Assembly: GCF_963921235.1 (NCBI RefSeq)
Contig: NC_086097.1
Location: forward strand, 23,066,001 to 23,130,000
Length of the DNA stretch: 64,000 bases
Direction: 5' to 3'
Origin: Mobula hypostoma
Lineage: Eukaryota
Shown here: positions 59,544-64,000 of the stretch, one piece after another
Position numbering within the stretch: the first letter of the stretch is position 1
Layout: each line of letters opens with the position of its first letter
Translations under genes and position numbers: made by a program
Notes under the pieces: generated by a model
Database searches by the model: none
What the model was told of the DNA's origin: nothing
What the model saw: only the letters and a program-made list of their open reading frames with translations

Positions 59544-60011
59544 AGATTATGAGAACGCACAGTCCTCTTTTATTGTCATTTAGAAATGCATACATGCATT
59601 AAGAAATGATACAATGTTTCTCCGGCGTGATATCACAGAAAACAAGACAGACCAAAGATTGACACTGACAAAACCACATAATTATACCATATAGTTACAG
59701 CAGTGCAAAGCAATACCATAATTTGATGAAGAACAGTCCGTAGGCACAGTAAAAAAAAGTCTCAAAGTCCCCGAGTCGATCGACTCCCGAGTCCCCGATA
59801 GTAGGCGACAAAAGTGAGAAACTCTCTGCCATAAACCTCCAGGCACCGTCAACTTGCTGATACCTTGGAAGCAGCCGACCCTGAGTCCATCCGTCCGAAA
59901 ACTCCGAGCTTCCGAGCAGCCTCTCCGATACAGCCTCCTGAGCACCATCCTCTGCCGAGCGTCTTCGACCTATCCCTGGCCGCTGAAACACACAAAGCCG
60001 AGGATTTCGAG
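59544..60011 (-). mobile_element. Unclassified non-coding retroposon fragment (CpG-rich body, LINE-like 3' tail)
   Basis: 7-bp TSD aatattt (59537-43 / 60012-18) interrupting the CR1 host; gacaataaa and ataatcta tail on minus. Confidence 0.65.
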
Positions 60012-60783
60012 AATATTTGATAGATTTCAGTGAGATCCCCCACATGCTTATAAACTCCAGTGAGTACAGAGCTATCAAACACTTCTCATACATAAACCCC
60101 TTCATTCCCAGGATCATTCTCGTGAACCTCCCCTGGACCCCTTCCAAAGCCATCATATCTATTTTCAAAGCATATAGATGTGAGTTCTCTCAGAGTCTAC
60201 TTTGCAACTGTGATAAGCTTTTGCTGTTCAATTACCAGAAGACATTTGGTGAACTTCCTCACGTGACGTTTTTAATTTGTGTTATCAAGTAGTAAGATGA
60301 AATACAGAGTTTATTTTGGGTAAAACACCCAAACAATCTACCTCATTGGGTGATGCATTTATTAAGAATTAATGCTTTCATATGTTGGTAAATTTAATGC
60401 TTTTATTTAGATATTTAAAAGATGAAAGTTTCTCAATGAAAACTCCAGCAAGGTGACATTGGTTTTGCCTATCTTTGTGAAGAATTTCTTGAGATCCTTT
60501 GAAGATTTAGCATTACAATCTGGGTGAATGGCTGTTGCAGGGAACAGTTTAGATGCCTGGCACGATGGTGATTCTATTAGTTTTGAATGGTTGGAAACCA
60601 ACCATGGTTGGTTGCGTTAACCATGCATCCAATTAGGATATAAAATACATATTTAGATAATCTATGGATTTACAGCTAATATGACACTGACATAACTTTG
60701 TTACTTCTATTATTGCTCACCTGTAAAATCAGGAAATATAGGTTGCCTCAAAACTGAACGTAAATGTTTTTTTATGCACATCT

Positions 60784-61304
60784 TTGCACATTTTTCCCTC
60801 CCCCGGCTCTGCTTTCCGCAGGGATCGCTCCCTACGCGACTCCCTTGTCCATTTGTCCCCCCCATCCCTCCCCACCGATCTCCCTCCTGGCACTTATCCT
60901 CGTAAGCGGAACAAGTGCTACACATGCCCTTACACTTCCTCCCTTACCACCATCCAGGGCCCCAGACAGTCCTTCCAGGTGAGGCGACACTTCACCTGTG
61001 AGTCGGCTGGGGTGATATACTGCATCCGGCGCTCCCAATGTGGCCTTCTATATATTGGTGAGACCCGATGGAGATTGGGAGATCGTTTTGCTGAACACCT
61101 ACGCTCTGTCCGCCAGAGAAAGCAGGATCTCCCAGTGGCCACACATTTTAATTCCACATCCTATTCTCATTCTGATATGTCTATCCACGGCCTCCTCTAC
61201 TGTAAAGGTTAAGCCACATTCAGGTTGAGGAACAACACCTTATATTCTGTCTGGGTAGCCTCCAACCTGATGGCATGAACATTGACTTCTCAAACTTCCG
61301 CTAA
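60784..61304 (+). pseudogene. PLE GIY-YIG endonuclease domain (disrupted near the C-terminus)
   Basis: FTCESAGVIYCI...CGLLYIGET...RFAEH...VATHFN, then EEQHLIFCLGSLQPDGMNIDFSNFR* in a shifted frame. Confidence 0.9.
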
Positions 61305-61599
61305 TGCCCCACCTCCCCCTCGTACCCCATCCGTTATTTATTTATAGACACACATTCTTTCTCTCTCTCTCCTGTTTCTCCCTCTATCCCTCTGACTATA
61401 CCCCCTGCCCATCCTCGGGTTCCCCCCCCCCGCCTTGTCTTTCTCCCTGGGCCTTCTGTCCCATGATCCTCTCATATCCCTTTTGCCTATCACCTATCCA
61501 GCTCTTGGCTCCATCCCTCCCCCTCCTGTCTTCTCCTATCATTTTGGATCTCCCCCTCCCCCTCCCACTTTCAAATCTCTTACTAGCTCTTCTTTCAGT

Positions 61600-61637
61600 T
61601 AGTCCTGACGAAGGGTCTCGGCCCGAAACGTCGACTG
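61600..61637 (+). ncRNA. Minimal type I hammerhead ribozyme (intact core)
   Basis: Stem I UAGUC/GACUG; core CUGACGA (61605-11) plus extra A; stem II GGGU/GCCC; GAAA (61625-28); loopless palindromic stem III ACGU; GUC cleavage triplet ending at 61632. Confidence 0.85.
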
Positions 61638-61783
61638 TACCTCTTCCTAGAGATGCTGCCTGGCCTGCTGCATTCACCAGCAACTTTGAGTTGTGTTGCA
61701 TAAATGTTTTCTGTATCTATTAGAGGTCGTTCAGTACTGAGAATCACGTATCTCTAGTCCTTGCAAAGAAGTCTTTCATTGTA

Positions 61784-62574
61784 CACTCAGTGGCCACTCA
61801 GGTACACCCGCATACCTGTTCATTAATGCAAATATCTAATCAGCCAATCTTATTCTGCATGGAGGTAAGTTTTTTAATGCAAAGAGTGGTGAGTGCGTGG
61901 AATGGGGTGATGGTGGTGGTGGTGGAGGCGAATACGATAGGGTCTTTTAAGAGACTCCTGGACAGGTACATGCAGCTCAGAAAAATAGAGGGCTATAGGT
62001 AATCCTGGGTAATTTCTAAGGTAAGTCATGCTGGGCACAGCTTTGTGGGCTGAAGGGCTTATATTGTGCTGTAGGTTTTTAATGTTTCTATGTCAGCAAC
62101 CCATTGCAGAAAAGCATGAAGACATGGTCGAGAGGTTCAGTTGTTGTTCAGACCAAACATCAGAATGGGGAACTAATGTGATTCAAGTGATTTTGACTGT
62201 GGATTGATTGTTGGTGCCAGACAGGGTGGTTTAAATACCTCAGAAACTGGTGATCTTCTGGGATTTTCACACACAACTGTCTCTGGAGTTTACACAGGAT
62301 GGTGTGACAAACAAAAAAGAAAATGCGCTGAGCGGCAGTTCTGTGGGTGAAATGCCTTTTGGTAGTGAGGGAATGGCCAGATTGCTTCAGGTTGACAGGA
62401 AAGCAACAGTAACTCAACCACATTTTACAACGGTGGTGTGCAGAAGAGCATCTCTGAAGTCACAGTACATTGAACATTGAAGTGGCTGGATTATGGCAGT
62501 AGAAGACTATGAACATATACTCAGTGCCCATTATATTAAGTACCAGAGGTACCTAGTAATGTGGCCACTGAGTG
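61784..62574 (+). mobile_element. Non-autonomous Tc1 element with N-terminal (HTH) transposase remnant, interrupted by a CR1 tail (about 61860-62092)
   Basis: 14-bp TIRs cactcagtggccac / gtggccactgagtg; TA at left; SDFDCGLIVGARQGG...DLLGFSHTTVS remnant. Confidence 0.82.
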
Positions 62575-63289
62575 CATGATATTAGTGTTAAACAGTCCAT
62601 ATTCAAAGTGCACTGCTTGCCAGGCTGATAAATGCTGGTTTGTAGGTATCTGCAACTTGAACCTGAAAGAGACAGAAGATCCTTTGGTTGGTCCTATAAC
62701 AGATTCCATATCTTTTTGTTGTTTTCATTGCCCTTGTCATTATTGACTGCTCCCATCTGAAACTTTTCATCGTCTAGTCAGTAACAAATCCACTGACCAG
62801 TGAAGGCTGCTCTGTTAAGATTAACTTATTTTTTATTGAGCATGATGCTGGGAGGAACGTCCCTGTCCTTCCAACAGTGTTAAATTCGTGATATGCCGAC
62901 ACTTGCCTTACCCACTCTCCACAACCCATCCCCCAATCTCTGATTTTCCTCATAGTCTTTGCTAGCATCTGAACCAATGAGTTTAAATTTCTCTTGAGGC
63001 TGCTTGCAGCGGTGAGCACCTGAAGCTTGTTGGTAGTGAAGACCGAAGTTCACATGAGCTCATATCTGTTCCGGTTACATCACTGAACACAGATGTGATT
63101 CAAATCCCAAGCCTAATTCTTTAGCCTCAGTTGTTCCTCTGTCAAGTTGACAACAAGATGCATTTATATAGGGCCTATAATGTGCTAACATCCCAAGGCA
63201 CTTCACCAAAGCATTACTGAATGCCAACCCATAGCAAGAGGTGCGACCACTGAGAATAACTTGAAGGAAAGGCTGGGAGGTCTAAAGTA

Positions 63290-64000
63290 CATCGAACATT
63301 ACAGCACAGTACAGGCCCTTTGGCCCACAATGTGCATGGTGTTGACTTTTTAATCTAATCCCAAAATCAATTTAACCCATTGCTCCCACATAGCCCTGCA
63401 GTTTTTCTGTGATACATGTCTACTCTAAGAGTTTCTGAAATGTCCCTAATGTGTCTGTGTCTACTACTGGCAGCACCCACCACTCTCTGTGTTTAAAAAA
63501 AACCTCCTCTGACATCCCCTCTATACTTTCCTCCGAGGGCCTTGAAATTATGCCCCCTTGTATTAGCTATTTTCACCCTGGGAGAAAGTCTCTGGCTGTC
63601 CTCTCGATCTATGCCTCTTATCATCTTGCTGAACTTTATCAAGTTACCTCTCATCCTCCTTCTTTCCAAAGCAAAAAACGCTAGCTCGCTACACCTATCC
63701 TCTTTGAACATGCTTTGTAATCCAGGCATCATTCTGGTAAATCTCCTCTGTACCCTCTGTAAGGCTTCCACATCCTTCCTATAATGAGGTGACCAGAACC
63801 GAATTGTTACCCCAACTGTGGTCTAATATAGAGCTGCAATATTACCTTGCAGATTTTGAACCCAATCTCCCAACTGTTGAAGGCAAACACACCATACACT
63901 TTCTTAACAAAGCAATCAAATTGCACTGCAACTTTTAGGGATTTATGAATGTGGACACCAAGGCCCCTCTGTTCCCCCACACTGCTAAGAATACTACCAT
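63290..64000 (-). mobile_element. CR1 3' fragment running off the window
   Basis: ALQRVQRRFTRMMPGL...LERRRMRGNLI...TRGHNFK motifs and CR1 3' UTR. Confidence 0.85.

Larger units (their letters stand above)
53270..60165 (-). mobile_element. CR1 3' fragment acting as host, split by the L1 and by a second insertion
   Basis: CR1 3' UTR at 53270-53477 resumes at 59393-59543 and again at 60012-60165 (VQGRFTRMILGMKG). Confidence 0.8.
60775..61700 (+). mobile_element. Penelope-like element (PLE), 5'-truncated, young
   Basis: GIY-YIG endonuclease remnant, pyrimidine-rich 3' UTR and hammerhead-bearing terminus; possible TSD taaatgtttt (60761-70 / 61701-10). Confidence 0.9.

Noticed and set aside
59695..60168. 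157-aa minus-strand ORF as a novel gene
   Set aside because: A chimeric frame crossing the junction between a CR1 remnant and an inserted element.
60259..60267. CLEAR/E-box motif TCACGTGAC
   Set aside because: A single short motif without promoter or CpG-island context.
61304..61723. Pro/Ser/Leu-rich ORFs (also 4909-5217, 21589-21981, 40361-40699) and recurring peptides such as SPDEGSRPETS
   Set aside because: Translations of the pyrimidine-rich PLE UTR and hammerhead terminus, not proteins.
1..64000. Prokaryotic operon/defence system, LTR retrovirus or endogenous viral element
   Set aside because: No gene-dense operon, no LTR pair and no gag/integrase/env motifs seen; all long ORFs are explained by non-LTR retrotransposons.

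Overview
Repeat-dense vertebrate genomic DNA with no recognisable host protein-coding exon, so it is intergenic or deep intronic. The repeat repertoire (CR1/HER1-type LINEs, V-domain HE1-like SINEs, Rex1/Babar, RTE, Penelope, Tc1 and hAT MITEs) suggests a cartilaginous fish, probably a ray; this is inference. Main contents: (1) a full-length, apparently intact L1 (53478-59392) with ORF1, ORF2, a 13-bp TSD and an unusual 722-nt inter-ORF spacer; (2) a Penelope-like element with a GIY-YIG endonuclease remnant whose terminal repeat carries an intact minimal type I hammerhead ribozyme (61600-61637); (3) more than a dozen decayed copies of that ribozyme motif, three fold-back mini-elements with 12-15-bp TSDs built from the same terminus, and a 53-bp minisatellite derived from it; (4) a near-full-length old CR1 with esterase ORF1 holding nested younger insertions; (5) composite Tc1 and hAT non-autonomous transposons that carry LINE 3' ends; (6) a few repeat-free islands with possible splice or regulatory signals. 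Boundaries of old degenerate repeats are approximate, and no database searches were run.
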